IMG/VR virus record: IMGVR_UViG_3300012582_000001
Span: 1-49,357 of that record
Source: a virus
Strand: one strand, 5' to 3'
Length of the DNA: 49,357 bases
Shown: positions 40,987 to 49,357 of the stretch, one piece after another
How positions within the stretch are numbered: position 1 is the first letter of the stretch
Layout of the letters: every line of letters starts with the position of its first letter
The notes under the pieces: model-generated
Databases searched by the model: none
Told to the model about the DNA's origin: nothing
What the model saw: only the letters and a program-made list of their open reading frames with translations
Translations under genes and position numbers: made by a program

Positions 40987-41441
40987 TCTTTTACCACCTT
41001 GCTTTTTACAGCCTTCATAAACTGATCAGTATCTCTTAAAATCCTAGTGTTACCTTTTCTTGCGGCAGTTTCTGGGCTGATTGCCTTCCAGGTTCCATAC
41101 CCTCCGGAAACAAAAGCTCCAAGCACTATATGTTTACATTCTTTCGCAATCGCAGAATAAAGCCCCTTTAAAGATCCTTTTTCTAATCCATCTTTTATTG
41201 AACTTATGGCCACATCTTCAATTTGCTTTAACTTTAAAAAAAATGGAACTCTTAACCATGATCTTTTCGCGGTATATAGCGTTCCAAATTCGTGGTCATA
41301 TCCAATTTTAACATTAGATTTTCCATCTTTTCTGTTATCGTTTTCTGCAAAAATTCCAGTTTTAATAACCACCTTTTCTTTTAAAACTTTTTCAAGTTTC
41401 AGTAACTTATCAATATTTTTAGTTACAATTATTCGGGACAT
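40983..41441 (-). CDS. Head-tail joining protein candidate (HK97 gp10-like)
   Basis: 152 aa. Called from position in the connector cluster. Confidence 0.35.
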   Translation of the reverse strand: MSRIIVTKNIDKLLKLEKVLKEKVVIKTGIFAENDNRKDGKSNVKIGYDHEFGTLYTAKRSWLRVPFFLKLKQIEDVAISSIKDGLEKGSLKGLYSAIAKECKHIVLGAFVSGGYGTWKAISPETAARKGNTRILRDTDQFMKAVKSKVVKE

Positions 41442-42012
41442 TTAAAAAAACATTATATGGGCCATTTCCTCTTATGGCACATGCATTTCCAACTCTGTAA
41501 ATTCTAGTTAAATTTAAATATTTAACCCCGTAATAGGTCGTTACATAGAAAGACAAACTTTCCTTTTGCATCCATTTTGGAATCTCGTAAGATTCTGAAA
41601 CACTGCCTACAGATCTTGAACTTACTATGGTCTGAATACCGCTTTTAGTTCCTCCAGCCCTTAAATCGCAAACTAAATAATGCGCCGCTAAATATAAAAA
41701 GATTAATTTAAATTGAGCATCTGTGGCAGTGATGTTTGGATTAAATACTAAGCCAGCTTCAGCATAAGCACCGTTTATATCCTCATCTAAAACATAATCA
41801 TAAATATTTCCGGCAGTTACCGTCCAATCAGCCGTTGTGGTTGGAATAGATGTCGTCCCGTTTGTTTTACAGGTATAAAACAACTCAGTAACATTATAAT
41901 AAACTAAATCACCTATATTGTAAGTTTGACTATTTAGCCACACAGGCAGATAATTAAAGCCTCTATAAAATTGGGCTTTAAAATCCGCAACCGTTATGTC
42001 TGCTACATTCAT
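41419..42012 (-). CDS. Virion structural hypothetical protein
   Basis: 197-aa ORF downstream of the capsid genes. Confidence 0.5.
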   Translation of the reverse strand: MNVADITVADFKAQFYRGFNYLPVWLNSQTYNIGDLVYYNVTELFYTCKTNGTTSIPTTTADWTVTAGNIYDYVLDEDINGAYAEAGLVFNPNITATDAQFKLIFLYLAAHYLVCDLRAGGTKSGIQTIVSSRSVGSVSESYEIPKWMQKESLSFYVTTYYGVKYLNLTRIYRVGNACAIRGNGPYNVFLNVPNNCN

Positions 42013-42015
42013 GTT

Positions 42016-42420
42016 TTATTTACTTCTATCGGCAATCAACTTTCTTAATTTGCTTAAAGGAGTATTTGGGTAGTAATCAACCCCTTTTTTTAATTCTAAA
42101 ATTTCCGCTTCCTCTTCTAATTCTTGTCTTTCGCTTTTAATTTCATCCTCTTCTGCTTGGATTTTAGCCTTAAGAGCTTCATTTTCAGTTTTTAAGCTTG
42201 CATTTTCTTCCATTAAATCAGCAATATTAATCATGCTAGTTGGGCTGTTAGCCATAGAATCAGCCAATACCACATTTGGGTAAGATAATAAAGCTTTAGC
42301 TTCTTCTTCAGTAAATAGTTCTGAAGTGTTCGGATGCCAAGTTTTATCTTCTCCATTAGCTTTGCATTGAAATTGTCCGCTTCTTTTGTTAAATAATTTA
42401 ACTAATTTTGTTTCAGTCAT
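42016..42420 (-). CDS. Hypothetical coiled-coil protein after the major capsid gene
   Basis: 134-aa ORF. Confidence 0.5.
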   Translation of the reverse strand: MTETKLVKLFNKRSGQFQCKANGEDKTWHPNTSELFTEEEAKALLSYPNVVLADSMANSPTSMINIADLMEENASLKTENEALKAKIQAEEDEIKSERQELEEEAEILELKKGVDYYPNTPLSKLRKLIADRSK

Positions 42421-42429
42421 TTTTATTCC

Positions 42430-43617
42430 TTATGAGTTACTATTATCGAGATATAACATGTCTTGAGTTCTCTTATTTTGAACTTGTCCAGTTTGGCTAA
42501 AGGCTAGCTGAGCAAATGTAAATTGATTTACTGTGCCGGTTGACAAGAAAGTTAAAGGGACAGGAATATCAAACTCTAATGATTTTTTCTGATTTTTATA
42601 AAGAATATATCTGTCTTTCAAGATTGGTGCTGTTGCTCCAAACACTGTATTTGCGGCAAAAGTTTTTTGCGCGTAAGGAGTTCCGATAATTCTAAAATTA
42701 GGGTTGTTGGTAGCTATTCTGAAAGCAGTCAATAACACGTCAATAAAGCTAGAATTTGCAACTGGGAAAGCTGGGTTAATGAAAGCAGCAGTACCGGTAT
42801 AGTCAGATTGTGGCATGACGAAAGTGTCTGGCATTTCATAGATAGCATTATTAGCTTGGTAAGCAGCAATAATAGCTTGAATGAATGCGTTTATTTCGGC
42901 AGCAGTCATTGTAGATAATGGCTTAGTGATCAAGCTAGTATTTACAGTAACAGGCAAGCCTTGAGCTGCCGGAATCGCATCACCAGTAAATAAACCAGTT
43001 CCTGCATCAAAGGTGTAACCATACATTGCTGTATTTTGAAGGAATTGGGCATGATTTTCAGCTAACCACTCAGTTTTTTGAGTAATTAAATTTTGATTAA
43101 CTAAGCCTGCTTGTGTTGCTTGCAAGAAATTCCAAGAAGCTTGTTTGGCCCAAAAATATCTATTAACAGTAAATTTATCTGATCCAACTTCAATTTCCTT
43201 AAATTGTCCTTTATTGTTTACAGAGATAATGCCGTCTTCTGGGTTATTATCAAATTTAAAAGTTTTATAAAAAACTGTTGAATCATAAAATGGATTTTCA
43301 CCAGCTTTAACCGGAACAAAATCATTCAGATCAGTAAAATATAATTTTTGCTCAATTACTTCCTGAGAAATTTGCGCTAAAGTGCTAATATCTACTTTGA
43401 AACCCAAGCCAGCGGCCGTGTCGTTCATTTTAACAATCTTATCAGCATTCCCAGCAATTCTTGATAATGCAGGGTGGTATAATTCTGCAATTGATTTGTC
43501 GCGTATTTTTTTGCCACCGGCAAACATATCAATACTATTCATGATTGCACCGTTTTCTGCGGCGCCTGCTAAGGCTGAATTAAGTCCTTTTTGATCTAAA
43601 ACTTCGATATTTTGCAT
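42430..43617 (-). CDS. Major capsid protein (DUF2184-like, HK97 fold predicted)
   Basis: 395 aa, in the portal / scaffold / decoration / capsid order. The N-terminus resembles DUF2184-type capsid proteins as I recall them. Confidence 0.7.
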   Translation of the reverse strand: MQNIEVLDQKGLNSALAGAAENGAIMNSIDMFAGGKKIRDKSIAELYHPALSRIAGNADKIVKMNDTAAGLGFKVDISTLAQISQEVIEQKLYFTDLNDFVPVKAGENPFYDSTVFYKTFKFDNNPEDGIISVNNKGQFKEIEVGSDKFTVNRYFWAKQASWNFLQATQAGLVNQNLITQKTEWLAENHAQFLQNTAMYGYTFDAGTGLFTGDAIPAAQGLPVTVNTSLITKPLSTMTAAEINAFIQAIIAAYQANNAIYEMPDTFVMPQSDYTGTAAFINPAFPVANSSFIDVLLTAFRIATNNPNFRIIGTPYAQKTFAANTVFGATAPILKDRYILYKNQKKSLEFDIPVPLTFLSTGTVNQFTFAQLAFSQTGQVQNKRTQDMLYLDNSNS

Positions 43618-43641
43618 ATAAAATATTTATTTAATTATTGT

Positions 43642-44103
43642 TTAATAAACGGTTGCTGAAAAGAGTGGTGAAATTTGAACTTGAATAATACCGCCACTAG
43701 CTGCCGCAGCAGTTAATGCCATACCGATAATTTTATTAGTTCCGGCTGCGGTAATAACTTTATCTCCGGCTGCTACAATTTCTAATGGTGCGCCAGCAAC
43801 AATTGCCGCGCCTGCTTCCATGTTCATAACAATAGTGTTTAAAGCTACTTCAACTCTATCCTTAGCGGCAAAAGTATTATTAACTGGCGAATAAGAGATA
43901 AATCCATAAATCCGATCAGTGGCAGCAGCTTTATCAACGTAAGTAATATCTTGAGATGAGCCGGTTATTTTTACTGCTGTACCACCATTAAAGGCAGCTA
44001 CAGATGCTGGATCAATTATGCAAGATACACGATTAGGATTTGAACCATTAACGATTTGACCTTTTAATGGAGCTGCAAAAGGTTGATTTAATTGAAAAGC
44101 CAT
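43642..44103 (-). CDS. Head decoration / capsid-associated protein (DUF2190-like)
   Basis: 153 aa, Ala/Gly/Val-rich, between the scaffold and capsid genes. Confidence 0.45.
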   Translation of the reverse strand: MAFQLNQPFAAPLKGQIVNGSNPNRVSCIIDPASVAAFNGGTAVKITGSSQDITYVDKAAATDRIYGFISYSPVNNTFAAKDRVEVALNTIVMNMEAGAAIVAGAPLEIVAAGDKVITAAGTNKIIGMALTAAAASGGIIQVQISPLFSATVY

Positions 44104-44146
44104 AAGAGTTTATTTTTTTAATTAATAATTAGTTATAAAGTTTAGT

Positions 44147-45181
44147 TTATTTAAAAAGATTCTTACCGTTGCAAGGGGTATAAATAATTTTCTCAACAGT
44201 TCGGACCGCGTCTCTTGCTTCTTTCAAGGCAAAACCAGAATCAGAATTAGCTTTAATGTGAGAATTTTCTTTAGTTGATTTTTCATCTTTTTCATCAGCG
44301 TCATCTTTTTCATTCTTTTTGGCTTTCATGGCGTTACGGTAGCAATTTTTTAGTTCTTCGTGAGGAACTAATTCACCATCAACATCCATTGAATTTTCTT
44401 TTTTATCTGAATCCTCATCTTCTTTATCAGATTCATTTTTCTTAGCCTTCTTGCCATTTTTCATTTTTGATTTAGCATTTTCTTTTTCTGTTTCAGCTTC
44501 TTCGTCATCATCATAAGACTCATCATTTTTTTTAGATTTCTTAGAATTGGCAAAGACACCAAACAACTCACGAGCTTTATCTGCCGCAGAGCTTACATAG
44601 TTCAAAAAAATGCCCTTTTCTAATTCTATTGAGGAAGATGATTCTTTTTCAGACATACTATTTTTATAAATAATTGATTGTTCATATCGTGGATCGGCAA
44701 CAATTGCCATGTGCAAAGCTTTTACACTTTTTACTTCCGCCTCATACTCCACATTGATATAAGACAGCTTTTCTAATTGTCCGCGCTCGTTTCGCTCTGG
44801 TCTTATGAGCTCAATCGCCTCCCAAGCACAAGAAACAAAACCTAATTTTTGCCATTCCTTTATTGCGGTTTCATCTTTTAAATAAAAATCGCAGTAATAT
44901 TTTTGGTCGGCCTCTACAAAAATTCCTTCTTTGGTGGTAAAGCCGTCTTTATTTAAAAAAACGTTTGTTACTTTCCCAACTATTCTAGGATCGCCCTCTT
45001 TAACTTCTGCGGGATTGCTATGATTAATTATCATTGCCGATCCAATGAAGCTTTTGGCTATATCCTCAATATGTCTGTCAATTAAAACGTTTTTTAAAGT
45101 TTGATCTTTATCGTAACGGGCTACTCCTGGATATAAAAAACAAGCAGTAAAGGTCTGTATATTTTCTGATCCGGTTTCCAT
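44147..45181 (-). CDS. Prohead scaffolding / protease-like protein (DUF2213-like)
   Basis: 344 aa with a long Lys/Asp/Glu-rich C-terminal tract typical of scaffolds. Follows the portal gene. Confidence 0.5.
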   Translation of the reverse strand: METGSENIQTFTACFLYPGVARYDKDQTLKNVLIDRHIEDIAKSFIGSAMIINHSNPAEVKEGDPRIVGKVTNVFLNKDGFTTKEGIFVEADQKYYCDFYLKDETAIKEWQKLGFVSCAWEAIELIRPERNERGQLEKLSYINVEYEAEVKSVKALHMAIVADPRYEQSIIYKNSMSEKESSSSIELEKGIFLNYVSSAADKARELFGVFANSKKSKKNDESYDDDEEAETEKENAKSKMKNGKKAKKNESDKEDEDSDKKENSMDVDGELVPHEELKNCYRNAMKAKKNEKDDADEKDEKSTKENSHIKANSDSGFALKEARDAVRTVEKIIYTPCNGKNLFK

Positions 45182-45412
45182 CTGAAAACAAATATTAAAA
45201 AAAGTTTAATGTAGTTATTGACTATTAATTTTTAATTTTCTAAGCTACCCTTTGATATATAGCTGGATAGCCAAAAAAATTAAAATCCAGCCCAAATAAA
45301 CAAAGTTTAATTAGCGCTCGAAACGCCATAGCTAAAGGTTGCGTAAGCATTTACGAAAGTATAAATTTTAAACAAGTTGTCAACTTAATAATCTTAAATT
45401 ATTTTTTGATTT

Positions 45413-46930
45413 TTATTTTTCTTGGGCGGGAGTCTGAGAATTTAGCTTATTTCTTTCCTTACTATCATCCCCATAAAGATCGAGTACAGGCTTCGCAGGC
45501 GGAGGAGTTGGTAATTCGCCGATTGCGGCAGAAGGATCAACTTTGAATGGAAGGATATTGTCGTAATTGACAGTCTTGAGGAAATCTTCTTTACTTAATA
45601 AACCTCGGTCATACATCCGAATAGCTCCATCAAGTTTTGTAGATTTTAAATCTTGTTCTTCTTTTGAGTTTAAAGTTCTAAGTGGTTTAAAGCCAATTTT
45701 GATTTCATCTGGATAAGCACCATATCTAAGCTGAAACATTATTTGAACAATTTTAATAAGCTTAAACTTACTTGGTTCTCTAAGGGTGGATTCAATCATG
45801 CCATTGTAATTTTCCTGAACATCTTCACCGGAATTAAAAGACGGAGAACTTGTGCCATAAATCTTAACCTGATTAATTCTAGTTGCCGCGCCCATTTCAA
45901 TACGGTTTTGTTCTCTCAGCTCCGGAACACCAGACATACTGATTTGCTTTTGGGTGTAATCATCTTCACTATCCAATACCAAACCATTATTGATGCCTTT
46001 AAGCATATTTGCCAATGTGGCTTTTGCTAAAATGGTTTCCGCGCCATTTTCAAGCTCCATAGCATCATTGAACCCGGAATATTTGAATATATCGATCTTG
46101 GCCTGATCAATATAATTCGAGGTCATATTGTTTAATTCGTAGTAATTTGAAAGAGGATCAATCATGCACTCAATCATACTCATGCCCCAACCCTTCAAGA
46201 TTGATCTAATTTGCGAAGTGGCTTCCTTGCCTATAACTTTAATTACTCTGGTTTTGTGCAATCTTTTACCATAAAAAACATATGGCGTTTCCTTTTCGCT
46301 AGCCATATCATCAATATAAGGCTTGTCTTCACCACCTACTTGTCCGCTCGAAACAGTATTTAATTCCCAAAGATCCGCGGCATAAAAAGCAACTCTCTGC
46401 CCTTTTTTTAATTTATCCACACTAAAAGGAGTTGCCGGATTATCACCCTCAACATCAATTATTATTCCCGCGCCGCCAAATAATCTAGCCCACCTCTCAC
46501 CATTGGCATAAGTTCTGATCACAGATTCATTTTCTAAATCATATTGAATTTTTTCAACTTCTTTAGCCCCAAATCTTTCATCATTTATAGTAATTGTGAT
46601 CCCTCCTCTAAAACAGTCATCGACCGGCTGATCAATCATAGACTGAATCACCCCAGAATTTTTATAGATGTAACTTAGCGCCATTTTGTTATTGGAAATC
46701 AAAAAGGGATTTGCCGCATAATTAATGACGATTTGCTGGGCTTTGGTAAGATTTTGTTGTTGCGGAATAATTCCGTTTAAGTTAAGATTATTGAGGTTAA
46801 GATTGTTAGAGTTGAAATCTGCGAAAGCATTCTTTTTAACGATCGGAGCTTTAGCCTCAGACTGAACGCCCAAATTTATTTTTGGAGCCATAGATTCTCT
46901 ATGGTGTTTAAATTTATGTTTTTTGCTCAT
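45413..46930 (-). CDS. Portal protein
   Basis: 505 aa, starting 1 nt after the terminase large subunit gene. Confidence 0.7.
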   Translation of the reverse strand: MSKKHKFKHHRESMAPKINLGVQSEAKAPIVKKNAFADFNSNNLNLNNLNLNGIIPQQQNLTKAQQIVINYAANPFLISNNKMALSYIYKNSGVIQSMIDQPVDDCFRGGITITINDERFGAKEVEKIQYDLENESVIRTYANGERWARLFGGAGIIIDVEGDNPATPFSVDKLKKGQRVAFYAADLWELNTVSSGQVGGEDKPYIDDMASEKETPYVFYGKRLHKTRVIKVIGKEATSQIRSILKGWGMSMIECMIDPLSNYYELNNMTSNYIDQAKIDIFKYSGFNDAMELENGAETILAKATLANMLKGINNGLVLDSEDDYTQKQISMSGVPELREQNRIEMGAATRINQVKIYGTSSPSFNSGEDVQENYNGMIESTLREPSKFKLIKIVQIMFQLRYGAYPDEIKIGFKPLRTLNSKEEQDLKSTKLDGAIRMYDRGLLSKEDFLKTVNYDNILPFKVDPSAAIGELPTPPPAKPVLDLYGDDSKERNKLNSQTPAQEK

Positions 46931-46931
46931 G

Positions 46932-48395
46932 TTAATTCCCTTTATTCCTGTTTAATCGCGCCCGCGCAATATCGGCCATTGTACTTTTGGGCTTACTGAT
47001 ATAATCAGCTAATGCGTAACGCAAAGCATCAATTAAGTGATTATATTTGTCAATGATCTCCGGTAAGATTATTTCTGTGTTCTTATCCACCTTATGTTTG
47101 TAGTTGGTAAATTCTGAAATTGTATTAACGCAGCGTGGATGAATAATTACCTTTTCAAAGTTTTTAATATAATCAATTCCGCTTTTTACGTAGCTATCAG
47201 CTTTTTGCTTAGAAAGAGGATCCAGAGAGACAGTTGTTTTTTTAACTGAGTAAATTTTATATTTCAGCTTCGATAACTTACTGATAATATCTGGCCGCGC
47301 ACTATCTCCATAGATTTTCCAGAGTTTCGATTCCGGCACCGTCTGAAAAAGCCCATCTATGCCATCTAATTCAACCCCTGCCTGATAAGCCTCGTAATCA
47401 ATAAATAACTTACCATCTTTGATAAAACATCTGATCATGGTGCATGGATCCGGATTAAAGCCCCAATCTGCCCCAAACAAAACCCTCTGATGATACATTT
47501 CACTAACTGGTGGAGTAATAAATTGCTGAACCTCCCATTTGTCTTTAAACACCTGAGCATCACTCCTACTCTTTGCCTTCCCTTCCCAGATATTATTATA
47601 TTTTTCTGGATCTTGCTCTTTACAAGCAAGCATTTCAGCAACTAATTCAGTTTCTTCAAAGAATGGATTATCAACATAATTAACCTCCCTTGAAATCATA
47701 TATCTCGTCCAGAACTTACCCTCAACCAAAGGATTGTTCAAATTATTGTTAGCCTTTGATTCCCAGACCGTAAAATCAGCATTAGTGGATCCCGGCTCCG
47801 TAACTAATTGATTCTTTTTATAACCAGCGCTTTTTTGATAAAACGGATATTTGATATATTCAATACTATCCCTGCTATATGTTATCTTTCCATAACGTTG
47901 ATGCGTAGCATCCGATTCCTCATCCGGGTTATAAGAAATCCATATCTCAGATCCTTTATTTCTAATAGTTGGTATTAAAATATCCCAAGTCTTGGCATCA
48001 ATTTTTGCAGCCTCCTCCACCCAACAAATATCAATATCATCCATCGATTTGATTTCATTGATATTATTGCGAAGCCCTTTAAATATGAAATTACTTCCGT
48101 TTGCACTACGGATATTTGTTAGCGTACTTTCAAAAACATGGTTGAGACCAATTTTATCTACACAGCCTTTTAAAAGAGAGTGAACGGAATCTGCAATTGA
48201 ATTTTGTAACTCTCTGGTACAGAGAATTTTTTTTACGGAGGTTACAGTTTTAAACACCAACCCTCTAGCTATAGAGCCACTTTTAGCGCTACCCCTGCCC
48301 CCTCTTAAGATTTTGAATCGTGATTTTGTTGTGACAAGAAAAAGCATCTTGTCTGGAATATTGATAGAAGGATCTGCCTTTTTAGCAACGTTCAT
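46932..48395 (-). CDS. terL: Terminase large subunit
   Basis: Walker A ILRGGRGSAKSG, Walker B DICWVEEA, then ISYNP. 487 aa. Confidence 0.9.
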   Translation of the reverse strand: MNVAKKADPSINIPDKMLFLVTTKSRFKILRGGRGSAKSGSIARGLVFKTVTSVKKILCTRELQNSIADSVHSLLKGCVDKIGLNHVFESTLTNIRSANGSNFIFKGLRNNINEIKSMDDIDICWVEEAAKIDAKTWDILIPTIRNKGSEIWISYNPDEESDATHQRYGKITYSRDSIEYIKYPFYQKSAGYKKNQLVTEPGSTNADFTVWESKANNNLNNPLVEGKFWTRYMISREVNYVDNPFFEETELVAEMLACKEQDPEKYNNIWEGKAKSRSDAQVFKDKWEVQQFITPPVSEMYHQRVLFGADWGFNPDPCTMIRCFIKDGKLFIDYEAYQAGVELDGIDGLFQTVPESKLWKIYGDSARPDIISKLSKLKYKIYSVKKTTVSLDPLSKQKADSYVKSGIDYIKNFEKVIIHPRCVNTISEFTNYKHKVDKNTEIILPEIIDKYNHLIDALRYALADYISKPKSTMADIARARLNRNKGN

Positions 48396-48646
48396 TATTT
48401 TGCTTTTTTGAATCGCAAGCCTTCAATTTTGAATGATACGCCCCTTTTATCCATCAAGAAACATTTCAGGTTATTTTCTAAAGATTGATCGACGCCTTTT
48501 TTAAACTTTAAGCACACCCCGACAGTTGTCATGCCTAGATAGTTAGCAAATTCATCGCTAGACGTACCTTGCTGCTTAAGAAAGACCGCTAGGTCCGAAG
48601 ACACGTATTTTCTCGTTGATTTTAGTTCTTCTGTGGGTTTAGGCAT
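48395..48646 (-). CDS. Small DNA-binding protein, terminase small subunit candidate
   Basis: 83 aa. HTH-like SSDEFANYLGMTTVGV. Its stop overlaps the terL start. Confidence 0.3.
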   Translation of the reverse strand: MPKPTEELKSTRKYVSSDLAVFLKQQGTSSDEFANYLGMTTVGVCLKFKKGVDQSLENNLKCFLMDKRGVSFKIEGLRFKKAK

Positions 48647-48953
48647 TCTTTCTGAACCATTTAAAATTAATCAACTTTGTGCATAAAGATTTTTTAGGAA
48701 CGTGAATTTGTTCGATAATGAAAACAGCCGGAAGTTCTTGTTTTGCATCAAGGATGCTATGAGCAATTCTATCTACCCTCTTTTTTGCATCTTTCTTTGA
48801 TTTTGAATGCTTGATATGTGTGTAGCCAAGTCTTTTTCTGAATCTATCGCCCATAGCTGGGTTTAGCATTACATTTGTACCATCCGGCATTTGACCATCA
48901 TAGAAATAATCTCCTTTCTTGAAGATCCCTTTAATTATATACATCCGCTTCAT
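48639..48953 (-). CDS. Hypothetical basic protein, first gene of the late arm
   Basis: 104-aa ORF overlapping the next gene by 8 nt. Confidence 0.5.
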   Translation of the reverse strand: MKRMYIIKGIFKKGDYFYDGQMPDGTNVMLNPAMGDRFRKRLGYTHIKHSKSKKDAKKRVDRIAHSILDAKQELPAVFIIEQIHVPKKSLCTKLINFKWFRKNA

Positions 48954-49234
48954 TTTTTATTTTTATTCGCTAATTGAGCCTACTATAGCCTTAATCGCGA
49001 TTTTAGACCACTTTTAGGATATGTATTTTACATAATTCCAGATCGACTCAACCCGGTAAGGAAAATAAGGACCACTTTTGATAAAGTCAATGAAGTTTGA
49101 GAAAAATTGAAAAAAATAAAATGGGAAATGGGATTTAAAGGCGTTTTTCTTGGGTTACAGGCTAAATTGAAAGTTATGGGAGAAAAGATACTTTGGAGTA
49201 AAATTGGGGGTTGTGTGCATATGTGATGGGGATA

Positions 49235-49357
49235 GGGATCAAAATAAAGAATGCTTATTTTGGTGTTTTTTTCCTAAGTCACACAATGAAAAGCTAAAGT
49301 CATGGATTGAATAATAAGCCATCAAACAAGTACATGGGCGGCTGCAATGGCAATAAA
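49235..49357. repeat. Terminal direct repeat, right copy (identical to 1..123)
   Basis: Exact 123-nt match to the window start. Consistent with circular assembly overlap or true terminal redundancy. Confidence 0.95.

Overview
The window is one complete, AT-rich tailed-phage (myovirus-type) genome. Its first 123 nt are identical to its last 123 nt, giving a unit length of 49,234 bp, so it closes as a circle or is terminally redundant. Genes are tightly packed in two arms. The minus-strand late arm (48953 down to 22851) runs as follows: candidate small terminase, large terminase, portal, scaffold/protease, decoration protein, major capsid, head-tail connectors, sheath, tube, frameshifted tail chaperone, tape measure, baseplate hub/spike/W/J proteins, tail fibres including a 1159-aa fibre with an S74 chaperone domain, then a holin / overlapped spanin / M15 endolysin lysis cassette. 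The plus-strand early arm (2177..21383) starts with acidic, ArdA-like early proteins. It then carries a plasmid-like maintenance block: a phased repeat array, an iteron origin, a Rep_3 initiator, a membrane acyltransferase and an RHH-ParA-adaptor operon. Next comes a recombination module (AAA_24/Sak4-like ATPase, RecB-type nuclease, NinB-like protein, pentapeptide-repeat protein, SSB, VRR-NUC), many small ORFs, an orphan methyltransferase and a small serine recombinase. An accessory island between the arms carries a DUF1640-like membrane protein and a Fic protein with a variant active-site motif behind a GC-rich structured leader. I saw no integrase, DNA polymerase, helicase, primase, tRNA, rRNA or CRISPR array. 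The leading hypothesis is a phage-plasmid that is maintained as an episome. All functional calls come from motifs read by eye, gene order and ORF size. No database search was possible.
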